Assembly (NCBI GenBank): GCA_945906815.1
Contig: CAMDRT010000003.1
Location: 82,766 to 146,765 of the forward strand
Origin: Bordetella parapertussis
GTDB lineage: Bacteria; Pseudomonadota; Gammaproteobacteria; Burkholderiales; SG8-41
DNA length: 64,000 nt
Direction: 5' to 3'
Numbering within the stretch: the stretch's first letter is position 1; the number at the start of each line of letters is the position of its first letter. Below are positions 44,777-54,437 of the stretch, piece after piece. Below the pieces are notes generated by a model. The model ran no database searches, was not told the origin of the DNA, and was given only the letters and a program-made list of their open reading frames with translations. The translations under genes and the position numbers were made by a program.

Positions 44777-45559
44777 TTACCGCCCCTTGAACACCGGCGT
44801 GCGTTTTTCCTTGAACGCGGCGACCGCTTCCTGATGATCCTCGGTCTGTGAGCAGCGGGCCTGATTAAAGGCTTCGTGGTCGAGCACGGTTGCGAAACTT
44901 TCGGTTTCGGCGGCGAACAGATTGCGTTTGACAGCGGCCACGGCGACTTGCGGCATGTCGGCGATGCGGCGTGCAATCGCCATGGTGGCGGCACGCAATT
45001 CGGCGTCTTCCACCACGCGGTTGACGATGCCCAACTTTAGCGCTTCATCCGCGCCGACCATGTCGGGAAGCAGAAAAAGTTCGCGCGCCTTGGCGGTACC
45101 CACCAGACGGGTCAGGGTCCAGGTGCCGCCCCAGTCGCCGGACAGGCCGATCTTCAGGAATGCCGTGGTGAAGCGCGCCGATTTTCCGGCGATACGCAGG
45201 TCGCAGGCAAGAGACATGCTCATGCCCGCCCCGGCGGCGACGCCGTTGACCATGCCGATGATGACCTTGGGGTGTTTGCGCATCGCCATCGGGATGGTGT
45301 TGGAAAACTGTATCCCGCGCGCCCGCCCTTCATACTCGCGCGCAGAGCGCTCCCCCATGCTCTTCACGTCACCACCCGAGCTGAACGCGCGTCCGGCCCC
45401 GGTGATGACGATGCAGCGCACATTGCTGTCGTCGGCGTAGCGGTTCATGGCGTCCAGCAGCCCATTGCGTATATCCATGGACAGCGCATTCAGCGCCTCC
45501 GGCCGGTTCAGGGTGAGGACGGCCACGCCATCTTCGATAGATTCCATTAGGTCTGCCAT
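44777..45559 (-). CDS. enoyl-CoA hydratase/isomerase (crotonase) family
   Basis: VAVLTLNRPEALNALS and ITGAGRAFSSGGDVK. 260 aa. Confidence 0.9.
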   Translation of the reverse strand: MADLMESIEDGVAVLTLNRPEALNALSMDIRNGLLDAMNRYADDSNVRCIVITGAGRAFSSGGDVKSMGERSAREYEGRARGIQFSNTIPMAMRKHPKVIIGMVNGVAAGAGMSMSLACDLRIAGKSARFTTAFLKIGLSGDWGGTWTLTRLVGTAKARELFLLPDMVGADEALKLGIVNRVVEDAELRAATMAIARRIADMPQVAVAAVKRNLFAAETESFATVLDHEAFNQARCSQTEDHQEAVAAFKEKRTPVFKGR

Positions 45560-45614
45560 TGCGTACTCCGTAGTTTTGGTTAGGGGAAATTTACTGTAGT
45601 TAAAGAGGCCGTTG

Positions 45615-46793
45615 TCAGACTACGCCTTCCTGCTTCATGCGCTTCACGTCGGCGGGCGCCACGCCACAAAGCTCGCCCAGCACGCTTTCGGTATGCTCGC
45701 CGAGCATGGGTGGGCGGGTGACGCGTGCGGGCGAAGCGGAGAGCTTCAGCGGGCAGCCCACCGTCTTGAAAGCGCCACGCGGCGGATAATCGAGATCGAG
45801 GATCATGTCGCGCGCTTGCAGGTGCGGATCGGCGAGAACCTCGCTGGTGTCCTGGCAGGCGCCGGCCGGCACACCGGCGTCACCCATCAGCTTCATCACC
45901 TCGTACTTGGTGCGGGTGGATGTCCACTCGGTGACGATGGCGTCGAGCGCAGCACGATTAGCCCAACGCTCGTTCGCTGTTTTGAACAAAGGGTTGTGCT
46001 CGAGTTCGGGCCGACCCAGCACTTTGCACAGCGCGGGCCACATCTGCGGCGGGGCATAGATATACGCCCAGTCGTTGGCGCCGCCGGGCGCGCATTTGTA
46101 GGTCGTGCCGGGCACCGTCTTGCCCAACTGATTGCCGCTGCGCACCGGCACGCCGTCGCGCTGGTGCTCGCGCAGGCTGATGCGGATGAGGTTCAACACC
46201 GCCTCCTGCATCGAGACTTCGACGTGTTGCCCGCGACCGGTGGTATGACGCTGGTTGATTGCGGCGAGTATGGCGATAGCCATATGCATGCCGGTGCCGC
46301 TGTCGCCAATCGAAGGCCAGTTGTAGGTCGGCGGCCCGTCCGCGAAGCCGGTGACGCACATGCCGCCGCCCATCGCCTGCGCGATCGGCTCGAAGCTCTT
46401 CATATGTGCGTGCGGGCCATAGGTGCCAAAGCCTTTGATGGTGGCGTAGATCAGGCGCGGGTTGATCTGCTGCAGGTCCTTCCAGCCCAGGCCCATGCGA
46501 TCCAGCGCGCCGGGCCCGAAGTTTTCGATCAGCACATCGGATTGCTCGATGATCTTCCTGAAATGCGTCTTGGCCTCGTCCGTCTTGAGATTCAGCGTCA
46601 GGCTGCGCTTGGTGGCATTAAACGCGAGGAAGAACAGCTCGTCGTTGTTCTGCGCGCGCGCGATGTCACCGCCTTTCGGCTCTTCGAGCTTGATCACGTC
46701 GGCACCCAGAAAGCCCAGCATCTGTGCGCAGGCGGGCCCCGCCTGGTTGTGCGTCATGTCGATCACACGCAGACCTGCGAGGGCCAGGCTCAT
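45615..46793 (-). CDS. family-III CoA-transferase, formyl-CoA transferase (Frc/YfdW)-like
   Basis: GLRVIDMTHNQAGPACAQMLGFLGADVIKLE, ENFGPGALDRMG and GDSGTGMHMAIAILAA closely parallel the O. formigenes Frc sequence as I remember it. At 392 aa it is shorter than Frc. Confidence 0.8.
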   Translation of the reverse strand: MSLALAGLRVIDMTHNQAGPACAQMLGFLGADVIKLEEPKGGDIARAQNNDELFFLAFNATKRSLTLNLKTDEAKTHFRKIIEQSDVLIENFGPGALDRMGLGWKDLQQINPRLIYATIKGFGTYGPHAHMKSFEPIAQAMGGGMCVTGFADGPPTYNWPSIGDSGTGMHMAIAILAAINQRHTTGRGQHVEVSMQEAVLNLIRISLREHQRDGVPVRSGNQLGKTVPGTTYKCAPGGANDWAYIYAPPQMWPALCKVLGRPELEHNPLFKTANERWANRAALDAIVTEWTSTRTKYEVMKLMGDAGVPAGACQDTSEVLADPHLQARDMILDLDYPPRGAFKTVGCPLKLSASPARVTRPPMLGEHTESVLGELCGVAPADVKRMKQEGVV

Positions 46794-46872
46794 GGGAGTT
46801 CTCCTTAAAATTCCGGTTGATCAGGCGACGTCGTGCGTTGATGATGCCTGCCCGCGCATCGCTGATGGCGTA

Positions 46873-47862
46873 TTAGTTGGCGCGCACGCCCGCCTCTTTT
46901 ACCACCTTGGCCCAGGTCTTGACGTCAGTGGCGATCTGCACGGCCAGTTCTTGGGGCGTACTGCCGGCCGGCTCTGCGCCCATCTCGCTGAGCCGCGTCT
47001 GCACGTCGGGCCGCTTGAAAACTTTTACCATTTCGGCATTGAGCTTGGCAATGATGGGTGGTGGCGTCTTCAGTGGCGCGACCATGCCGTACCATTCGCG
47101 CATTTCCAGTCCCTTCGGCAGCGGCACGCCGGCTTCTGCAATGGTCTGCACGTCGGGCAATGCAGACGAGCGTTTCACACTGGTGACGACGATAGGCCTC
47201 AGGCGCTTGGCTTGTATCAGCGGCATCGCCGAAGGCACAGATGCCATGCCAAACGTCACCTCGCCGGCGGCAATGGCCACCAGCGCCGGACCACCACCCT
47301 TGAATGGCACATGGACCATTTGCGTGCCGGTGAGGCGCTTGAACACCTCGCCCGCCAGGTGATGCAGAGAGCCGTTTCCAGATGACGAGTTGCTGAGCTG
47401 GCCCGGCTTCTCCTTCGCCATGCGAATCAGATCCTGCAGCGTATGGATCGGCGATGCCTGCGCTACCACAAATGCATTGGTAACCCAGGCGAGCAGGGAT
47501 ATGGCGGCAAACCCGCTGGCGGTGTCGTAGGGCAGATTGTCATAAGTGCTGGCGCTGATAGTAAACGGCCCGCTCGGTACCATCATCAGCGTGTAGCCGT
47601 CCGGCGTTGCCTTGGACACCATGTCGGCCGCGACGGTACCGCCGGCGCCGCCGCGGTTATCGATTACGAAAGATTGCCCCCACGACGAGGCCAGATGTCC
47701 GCTCAGGATGCGCGCGAGTATGTCGGTAGCGCCGCCGGGCGGGAATCCGACGACCACGCGTACCGGCCGCTGCGGATAAGGTGCCGCGCTCTGCGCCAGC
47801 GCGTGGTTTGTAATGCTGCCTATGCTGGCAAGCACCAGCACTGCAAGGGCTGTTTTTTTCAT
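46873..47862 (-). CDS. Bug/TctC-family substrate-binding protein
   Basis: MKKTALAVLVLASIGSITNHALA signal peptide, then YPQRPVRVVVGFPPGGATDILARIL and PDGYTLM. The track ORF begins 87 nt upstream. Confidence 0.9.
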   Translation of the reverse strand: MKKTALAVLVLASIGSITNHALAQSAAPYPQRPVRVVVGFPPGGATDILARILSGHLASSWGQSFVIDNRGGAGGTVAADMVSKATPDGYTLMMVPSGPFTISASTYDNLPYDTASGFAAISLLAWVTNAFVVAQASPIHTLQDLIRMAKEKPGQLSNSSSGNGSLHHLAGEVFKRLTGTQMVHVPFKGGGPALVAIAAGEVTFGMASVPSAMPLIQAKRLRPIVVTSVKRSSALPDVQTIAEAGVPLPKGLEMREWYGMVAPLKTPPPIIAKLNAEMVKVFKRPDVQTRLSEMGAEPAGSTPQELAVQIATDVKTWAKVVKEAGVRAN

Positions 47863-47941
47863 GGTCTTTACCGAAAGCGCCGGATGATACCGGCAGCTTA
47901 TTATCCTAGAAATGGTAGTTGGACGGGGTGGAGCGTGCGCC

Positions 47942-49183
47942 TCAAGCACGATCCCCGATAAGTTCCCGCGGCCGCATCAGCCGGAAAGCCACCAGCGCCA
48001 GCAGCATCAGCAGCGCCACCAGCCCGAACGACACGCCCCACGCCATGCGCGACATGCCGCCGGCGAGATCCAGCGTATAGCCGATCATTAACGGGCCGAC
48101 AAAACCGCCGCTGTAGCCCAGCATCGAATGCACCGCCAGTGTCGCGCCGCGGCGTGTAGGCTCTGCGCTGCCTGCCGCGCCCGCGGTCAGCGACGACGAA
48201 TCCAGCCACACCACAAAACCATAGATCAGCAGCAGTACCACCGCCACGGCATACGACAGCGTGCCGATGGTGCCTATGCTGCCGCCGACCGCGATGGAGG
48301 CCAGCAACGCCACGCTGATCAGCCTGCGCCGCCCCCAGCGTATTGCCGCCTCGTTGCCGAGCACGCTCGCGACCGTGCCGATCAGCCCCAGCGCGGTCAA
48401 CACATAGGTGGGCGAGAAGCGCGCCTCGGCACCAGTACTGAGCGCGACATAAGCCAGAAACGCCACGCCCCAGCCGCGCAGCACATTCATCTCCAGCGTG
48501 TGGATGCAATACGCAATGGCATAGGCCATCGCCGAGCGATTGCGCAATACCGGGCGAAAATCAAACAGCGCGTGACCGTCCGCTGCACGTGGCAGCGGGG
48601 TCGTGCGGGGCGGCACCAGCAATGCCACCAACAGCCACGCCATAATCGCGGTGGCCGCGGCGACCACGAATGCCGACTGCCAGCTTAGGGCATGGGCGAG
48701 CAGATCGGCGCACGCAAACGACGCCGCGCCGGAGATGCCGATACTCGCGGCATGTCCAGCGGTGGCACGCGACATCAGTTTGGCATCGACCTGATCAGCA
48801 AGCAGCTTCAAGCCCGTCATGTAGGTGCCCGCCCAGCCGATGCCCGCCAGCCCGCGCAGCAGCAGCGCCGACCAGAAACCTTCGGCCAGCACACCGAACA
48901 GCAGGTGGGCGGTGATGGTGCAGGCGACGCCGAACAAATACACCCGCCGCGCATCGATACGATCGGTCAGCGTCACCAGAATCGGCACCGCCAGCAGATA
49001 GGCGCCATAAAACATCGCCGTGATCCAGCCCGCCTCGCTGTTGGAGAGACCCCACAGCGGCATCATGCCAGGCAGCAGCGCTGGCCAGAAAAACGCGCCG
49101 AGCTGCACCAGCACCTGTGCCGCGCACACCAGCGCGACCAGATGCGCGCCCGACAGGCGTCGGGAAAATTTGGGCTTATTCAC
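47942..49183 (-). CDS. MFS transporter (12 TMS)
   Basis: 413 aa. Motif-A-like TLTDRIDARRVYLFG; polytopic. Confidence 0.85.
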   Translation of the reverse strand: MNKPKFSRRLSGAHLVALVCAAQVLVQLGAFFWPALLPGMMPLWGLSNSEAGWITAMFYGAYLLAVPILVTLTDRIDARRVYLFGVACTITAHLLFGVLAEGFWSALLLRGLAGIGWAGTYMTGLKLLADQVDAKLMSRATAGHAASIGISGAASFACADLLAHALSWQSAFVVAAATAIMAWLLVALLVPPRTTPLPRAADGHALFDFRPVLRNRSAMAYAIAYCIHTLEMNVLRGWGVAFLAYVALSTGAEARFSPTYVLTALGLIGTVASVLGNEAAIRWGRRRLISVALLASIAVGGSIGTIGTLSYAVAVVLLLIYGFVVWLDSSSLTAGAAGSAEPTRRGATLAVHSMLGYSGGFVGPLMIGYTLDLAGGMSRMAWGVSFGLVALLMLLALVAFRLMRPRELIGDRA

Positions 49184-49270
49184 CGGATCGTTAAGGTGCG
49201 CTTAATGACAGCCCGGTGAACCTGGACTGAGCTTGGCCCCGCCCCCGCGTCAACACCGCAGCGCTCGCCG

Positions 49271-50251
49271 CTACTCCTGCTTCAGCACCCCGGCCTGAAG
49301 CAGGCTGCGTATGCGTCCTGCTTCTTCGCGCACGTATTTTGCCGCAGCTTCGGACGAGCCGCCGATGATCTCTATCCCCAGATCGGTCAGGCGGCGCTGA
49401 ACTTCCGGCAGCGCGAGGGCATTGTTCACGCCTGCGTTCAGCTTGCGCACGATGGCTGGTGGCGTCTTCAGCGGCACAGCCATGCCGAACCACACCTGCG
49501 AGTCGCCGTCTTTAATGCCGGATTCGGCGAGCGTCGGCACTTCTGGAACCAGTGGCACGCGCTTGGGCCCTGCCACCGCGATCACGCGCAGACGATTGCT
49601 GCGAATCGCCGCTTCGGCGGAGGCCGCGGAAGTGTGCATCGCTTCGATCTGACCACTGACCACATCGATGAGCGCCGCTGCCGCGCCCTTGTAGGGCACG
49701 TGGGTTGCGCGTGTGCCGGTGGCGTATTCAAAAGTTGCAAGCCCCACATGCGGGCTGCTGTTGATGCCCGCCGATCCCCAGTTTGTTTTGCCGGGATTCG
49801 CTTTCATATGCGCCACCAGTTCGCGCAGCGTTTTGGGGGCAAACGACGGCGTCACCAGGATGATGAGCGAGGTATAGCCCACCACCGACACGTATTCGAA
49901 ATCCTCCACGCGATAGGCCGCCTTGCGGCTGAGCTGCGGGGCAATAGTGTTCGGCCCGCCGGTGGCGAGGAACAGCGTGTAACCGTCCGCTACCGCGCGC
50001 GCAACGATTTCGCCGCCGATCATGCCGGAAGCGCCGGGGCGGTTGTCGACAATGAACTGCTGGCCCCAGGTCTCGCTGAGGCGCGCGCCTATGGTGCGAG
50101 CAATCACATCGTTGGAGGCGCCGGGCGTAAATCCTACCACCCAGCGTACCGGCTTCGAGGGATAGCTGGCTGCCCCATCGTTTGCAGACAGCGCAGGCGC
50201 AACGGTTCCCGCAAATATTGCCAACAGCAAAGCCAACGGCATCGGTTTCAT
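49271..50251 (-). CDS. Bug/TctC-family substrate-binding protein
   Basis: YPSKPVRWVVGFTPGASNDVIARTI and ADGYTLF. The start forms an ATGA overlap with the AKR stop. Confidence 0.9.
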   Translation of the reverse strand: MKPMPLALLLAIFAGTVAPALSANDGAASYPSKPVRWVVGFTPGASNDVIARTIGARLSETWGQQFIVDNRPGASGMIGGEIVARAVADGYTLFLATGGPNTIAPQLSRKAAYRVEDFEYVSVVGYTSLIILVTPSFAPKTLRELVAHMKANPGKTNWGSAGINSSPHVGLATFEYATGTRATHVPYKGAAAALIDVVSGQIEAMHTSAASAEAAIRSNRLRVIAVAGPKRVPLVPEVPTLAESGIKDGDSQVWFGMAVPLKTPPAIVRKLNAGVNNALALPEVQRRLTDLGIEIIGGSSEAAAKYVREEAGRIRSLLQAGVLKQE

Positions 50252-51222
50252 GGAGTACTCCGGACGAATACAGCAGCATGGGGTAAGCTTGCTTTATCAA
50301 TCTCCGACAAATCTTCAGCGCTTAACTGCCAGTTCACGGCACTGGCGTTGAGTTCCACTTGCGCGGGGGTGGTCGCGCCCGCGATGATGCTCGCGACCTG
50401 CGGCCGTGAAGCCAGCCAACTCATCGCCAGCTCCAAAAGACTGTGGCCACGCGCTGCGCACAGCGTGTTCAGACGCTCCACGATTTCCCAGTGGGCAGGG
50501 TTGATCCAGCGCTCGGCCTGCCGTTTCTCTTGGGTCATGCGTGCACCCGCTGGCATGGGCGCATGGCGTTGGTACTTCCCGGTCAGCAGGCCTGCGGCCA
50601 GCGGGGAGTGCGGTATCAATCCCAGACCGTAGGCCTGCATTGCCGGTTGCAGCGTGTTCTCAAGTCCGCGTCTGAGCACATTGTATTCATCCTGACAGGT
50701 CACAAAGCGATTCAGGTTATGGTGCTTCGCTGTCCATTGCGCTTCCACCACCTGCCACGCCGCAAATGTTGAGCAGCCGCTATAGCGAATCTTGCCCGCC
50801 TTGACCAGGTCATCGAGCGTGCGCAGGGTCTCCTCGATAGGTGTCAGTGGATCGGGACGGTGGATGATGTATAGATCGATCCAGTCTGTTTTGAGCCGTT
50901 TCAGGCTGGCATCGATGGCCGACAGGATGTAACGGCGCGAAGCGCCCTTCAGCGTGCCGGCGGCATCCATCGGCAGCCCGCATTTGCTCGCCAGCACGAT
51001 GTCTTTGCGCCGCTCACCGAGACACTCTCCGAGAATTCTCTCCGACTCGCCGCGATCGCCGTAGGTATCCGCCGTATCCATCAGCGTGATCCCCAGATCG
51101 AGCGCCTTGTGTATGACCTTGCGCGACGCCTCCACATTGATACGGCTCCCGCCAAAATTGTTGCAACCGAGCCCAACCACAGAGACCTTGAGACCGGAGC
51201 TGCCCAAATTCCGTTGTTCCAT
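50248..51222 (-). CDS. aldo/keto reductase
   Basis: MEQRNLGSSGLKVSVVGLGCNNFGG and DTADTYG. 324 aa. Confidence 0.9.
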   Translation of the reverse strand: MEQRNLGSSGLKVSVVGLGCNNFGGSRINVEASRKVIHKALDLGITLMDTADTYGDRGESERILGECLGERRKDIVLASKCGLPMDAAGTLKGASRRYILSAIDASLKRLKTDWIDLYIIHRPDPLTPIEETLRTLDDLVKAGKIRYSGCSTFAAWQVVEAQWTAKHHNLNRFVTCQDEYNVLRRGLENTLQPAMQAYGLGLIPHSPLAAGLLTGKYQRHAPMPAGARMTQEKRQAERWINPAHWEIVERLNTLCAARGHSLLELAMSWLASRPQVASIIAGATTPAQVELNASAVNWQLSAEDLSEIDKASLPHAAVFVRSTP

Positions 51223-51487
51223 TGCACGGACCTTTTACGAGGAGGACAAAACCATTGTGGGGTAAAACCAGCGCTATGACTGTCGGTGATTTTACATCGT
51301 AGACCGTTGCATCGTCCCCCACGACTGTTGTACATTGCGCGGCAGTCATCCCTAAGGCCGTTCGCAATCCCGGCGCTTTACTGTAGTCCACATCGTTTGC
51401 ATTTCGACCACAATGCAGCGCTGTACCCACCAGCCGCCACTGCTACCGGCGGCGGCCCCCGTGTCATCCAACAAAGAGGAACAGCAA

Positions 51488-52300
51488 ATGGCGTTCGATA
51501 CCATCGCAAACGACTATGGTCTGATCGGCAAAGTTGCCATTGTCTCAGGTGCAGGCGGACCCATCGGGCAGGGATTGGACGAAGGCGTGACCAACGGCCG
51601 CGCTGCCGCCATCCTCCTCGCCCGCGCGGGCGCCAAGGTATGTGTTGTCGGCCGCACCCTCGAACTTGCCCAGCATACCGTGGACCTGATTCAGCGTGAG
51701 GGTGGCGAGGCTTTCGCCCATGTTGCCGATGTCACTCAGGAAGCCGACTGCCGCGGCGTGGTTGAAACTACCGTGCAGCGCTATGGCCGCCTCGACTGTC
51801 TCGATAATAACGTCGGCCGCAGTGCGCCGGGCGATGTCACCGAGATGGGCCTTGAGCAATGGCGCAGCATGTTCGCCCTCAACGTCGACAGCATGATGTT
51901 GATGAGCAAGTACGCCATCCCTGCGATGATCGCGGGTGGCGGCGGCTCCATAGTCAACATCGGATCGCTGCGCAGCATCCGTCCGCTGCATTCGACCGTG
52001 TATTCAGTCACCAAGGGCGCTGTTATAGCGCTGACCTCAACCCTGGCCGTTGACCACGGTGCGCAGGGCATCCGCGCAAACTGCATTGTTCTCGGCCCGG
52101 TGTTCACTCCCAACATCAACCGCAATCTCACCCCGGAGCGCCGCGCCATGCGCGCCGCAGCCTCTCTCATGAAGCGTGAAGGCACTGGCTGGGATACCGG
52201 GCAGCTTGCCCGCTTCCTGCTGTCTGACCAATCGAAGTTCCTTACCGGGCAGAGCATCTGCCTTGACGGTGGTGCGTCCATGGTGGGGCCTGCGCGCTGA
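51488..52300 (+). CDS. SDR-family oxidoreductase
   Basis: GAGGAA RBS. KVAIVSGAGGPIGQG glycine motif and YSVTKGAV (YxxxK). Confidence 0.9.
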   Translation: MAFDTIANDYGLIGKVAIVSGAGGPIGQGLDEGVTNGRAAAILLARAGAKVCVVGRTLELAQHTVDLIQREGGEAFAHVADVTQEADCRGVVETTVQRYGRLDCLDNNVGRSAPGDVTEMGLEQWRSMFALNVDSMMLMSKYAIPAMIAGGGGSIVNIGSLRSIRPLHSTVYSVTKGAVIALTSTLAVDHGAQGIRANCIVLGPVFTPNINRNLTPERRAMRAAASLMKREGTGWDTGQLARFLLSDQSKFLTGQSICLDGGASMVGPAR

Positions 52301-52301
52301 A

Positions 52302-53942
52302 ATGAAACCAAAATCCACGATTGAATATCATGCCGACGTCGTCATTATCGGCTTTGGTGCCGCTGGCGGCTGCGCGGCTATAGCGGCACACGACGCGGGT
52401 GTCGAGAGCATCGTGCTCGAAAAACAGCCGGAGGCCAAGCATTACTCCAACTCGCGCATGAGTGGCGGTGGATTTCACAGCCCCAGTCCCGAGGGCGATT
52501 TCGAGTCGATCAAGGCTTACGCCAAAGCCATGTTCAGCGGCGAAAATCTGCCGCATAAGCTGGAAGGCGAGCAGCCGGAATTTTCCGACGATCTGGCTCA
52601 CGCGTGGGCGACTTATGCGCCTCAAAATGAGGCCTTTATGCGCGGGCTGGATCCCCAGTTCAAGACCTTCAGCAGCGCGGGTGCGGCATTTGAAGATTTT
52701 CCGGGCGCCGACCGCGCCGGCTACGCGTGCCTCAGAAGCACCTATGGCACGGCCTACGAAATTGGCACCAACGACAACACCAAGGATGCGGCCAAATCGC
52801 TCAAAGAAGCCGGCGAGGCGTTTCACGCCTGTCTGTTGACGGGCGTGCTGTCACGAAAAATTCCGCTTCATTATGACACCGTGGCGCAAAGTCTCAGAGT
52901 GAACGACGAAGGCACGGTGACCGGCGTTGAAGCCTTGCACAACGGTCAACGCATCCTCTATCACGCACGCCGTGCGGTGATCATTGCCAGTGGCGGTTTC
53001 GAGTACAACATCCGCATGCGCAAGGCGTTCCTCGATGGCCCCGGCAAGGAAGGCTGGGCATTCTACGGCTCGCCCGCCAATACCGGTGATGGCATCCGCA
53101 TGGCGCTGAAGATCGGGGCGGCGCTTTCCAAAGTCGGCAGCGTGGCGGGGCGCGTGATTTGTGCGATACCGGAGCGGCGTCATGGCCTGAAGATCGGGCT
53201 CAACACCTCCAGCGTGGGCAAGCCCAACGAAATCGTGGTCGATAATCTGGGATGCCGTTATGCGGCCGAGCGGCGTATTACCAAAGACCCCAGCCGTTAT
53301 ATTTTCTACAAGGAAGCGCTGCAATTTGACACCGTGACGTTGACCTATCCGCGCATTCCGTCGTGGATGATTTTTGATACCACGCTGTTCAATAGCGGCG
53401 CCCTCGTGAGTTCAGCTGCGGCGGCTTACAACGACATCGACTGGGACAAGGGCAATCTCAACGCGCTGCGCAACGGCTGGATATTGCAGGGCGCAACGCT
53501 TGCCGAACTGGCGGCCAAGATACGCGAGCACCCGGACAACCGCGAATTGATGGATACCGAGACGCTGACGCAACAAGTGGAGAAATGGAACCGCTATTGC
53601 GCCGCAGGAGAAGACCCCGATTTCAGCGCCGAGCCCAACACCATGGGCGCACTGAAAAATCCGCCCTACTTTGCGATTCCCTTGTATCCGGGTGGCCCCA
53701 ATACCAAGGGTGGCTTGCGTTCGAACGCACGGCGCGAAGTGCTGGATTGGGACGATCAGCCGATTCCAAGGTTGTACGCAGCGGGTGAAATCAACTCGGC
53801 GTTTCAATTCGTCTATCAGGGCGGAGGCAATCTTGCGGAATGCATCGTGTTCGGCCGCATCGCCGGCATGAATGCAGCGGCGCAGGCGCCGCACCTGCAT
53901 GAGCGGCGGTCCGAGCCGGTGCGGGTGGTAGGTAACGCTTAA
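52302..53942 (+). CDS. FAD-binding oxidoreductase (fumarate reductase / 3-ketosteroid dehydrogenase flavoprotein-like)
   Basis: The ATG lies 1 nt after the SDR stop. DVVIIGFGAAGGCAAIAAHDAG dinucleotide fold and C-terminal LYAAGEI...GGNLAECIVFGRIAG. Confidence 0.85.
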   Translation: MKPKSTIEYHADVVIIGFGAAGGCAAIAAHDAGVESIVLEKQPEAKHYSNSRMSGGGFHSPSPEGDFESIKAYAKAMFSGENLPHKLEGEQPEFSDDLAHAWATYAPQNEAFMRGLDPQFKTFSSAGAAFEDFPGADRAGYACLRSTYGTAYEIGTNDNTKDAAKSLKEAGEAFHACLLTGVLSRKIPLHYDTVAQSLRVNDEGTVTGVEALHNGQRILYHARRAVIIASGGFEYNIRMRKAFLDGPGKEGWAFYGSPANTGDGIRMALKIGAALSKVGSVAGRVICAIPERRHGLKIGLNTSSVGKPNEIVVDNLGCRYAAERRITKDPSRYIFYKEALQFDTVTLTYPRIPSWMIFDTTLFNSGALVSSAAAAYNDIDWDKGNLNALRNGWILQGATLAELAAKIREHPDNRELMDTETLTQQVEKWNRYCAAGEDPDFSAEPNTMGALKNPPYFAIPLYPGGPNTKGGLRSNARREVLDWDDQPIPRLYAAGEINSAFQFVYQGGGNLAECIVFGRIAGMNAAAQAPHLHERRSEPVRVVGNA

Positions 53943-54040
53943 CCCTTAAAACGGCAATTCAGCTACAGAGTTTCCCAATCCCGCGTGCGGGCCAGGCGTT
54001 CGCAAAGAAACATGGGGCGGGGTGTTTTGTTTCTTATGAG
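53943..54040. repeat. structured repeat unit A (copy 1)
   Basis: It begins right after the FAD-gene stop. cagagtttcccaatcccgcgtgcgggccaggcgttcgcaaagaaacatggggcggggtgttttgtttcttatgag. It is repeated 231 bp downstream. Confidence 0.8.
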
Positions 54041-54054
54041 GTGGTGGCACACGT

Positions 54055-54183
54055 GCGATGCGCATCACGCAACGGCGAACTTCAAGACCATTAACCACGG
54101 AACACACGGAACACACGGAAAGATTTCGCGCACTTGTTTTTTCCGCGTATTCCGTGTGTTCCGTGGTAAATCGCCCTTAAGAT
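54055..54183 (+). repeat. hairpin element, left copy: 28-nt arms of tandem ACACACGGA-type 9-mers plus conserved flanks
   Basis: accacggaacacacggaacacacggaaa (54094-54121) pairs with tttccgcgtattccgtgtgttccgtggt (54140-54167). The whole ~130 bp recurs reverse-complemented at 58264-58395. Confidence 0.8.
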
Positions 54184-54273
54184 AGCGCCATTGAACGCAG
54201 AGTTTCCCAATCCCGCACACGGGCCAGGCGTTCGCAAAGAAACATGGGGGTGGGGTATTTTGTTTCTTGTGAG
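54174..54273. repeat. structured repeat unit A (copy 2)
   Basis: Aligns to 53943-54040. Within the core (from cagag onward) the substitutions lie in the loops of two predicted hairpins, cccg-NNNN-cggg and aagaaaca-loop-tgtttctt. Confidence 0.8.
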
Positions 54274-54274
54274 C

Positions 54275-54400
54275 ACCGAGGAACACAGAGAAAACAAGTG
54301 CTTGCACTCGCTCGTCACACGCACCTGTTTGGTGAGAGGGACTATCGCTCCCACTTGTTGATTTACCTCTGTAAACTCTGTGCGCTCTGTGGCGAAATGC
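54275..54400. repeat. second, divergent long hairpin element (cacagag-type repeats)
   Basis: aacacagagaaaacaagtg ... cacttgttg ... ctctgtaaactctgtgcgctctgtgg. It occupies the position that the cacggaa-type hairpin holds in unit 1. Confidence 0.5.
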
Positions 54401-54437
54401 TTTTTCTAGGTTAACCCAGGTTAATGGAGTCGCTATC

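Noticed and set aside
45615-46793. Oxalate degradation pair (frc plus oxc), suggested by the Frc-like CoA-transferase and the TPP enzyme at 60877..62424.
   Set aside because: The TPP enzyme is 14 kb away and in a different gene context. At 515 aa it is acetolactate-synthase-like rather than a typical oxalyl-CoA decarboxylase of about 570 aa. The transferase is shorter than Frc and is flanked by a crotonase and a cupin. I therefore assigned neither an frc nor an oxc symbol.
53967-54273. Possible CRISPR repeat: gtttcccaatcccgc..gggccaggcgttcgcaaagaaac has the GTTTC...GAAAC look of a CRISPR repeat and occurs twice.
   Set aside because: There are only two copies, spaced 231 bp apart rather than by spacers of about 30-40 bp. 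The repeated unit is about 100 bp long and embedded in a larger composite repeat. No cas genes are present in the window.
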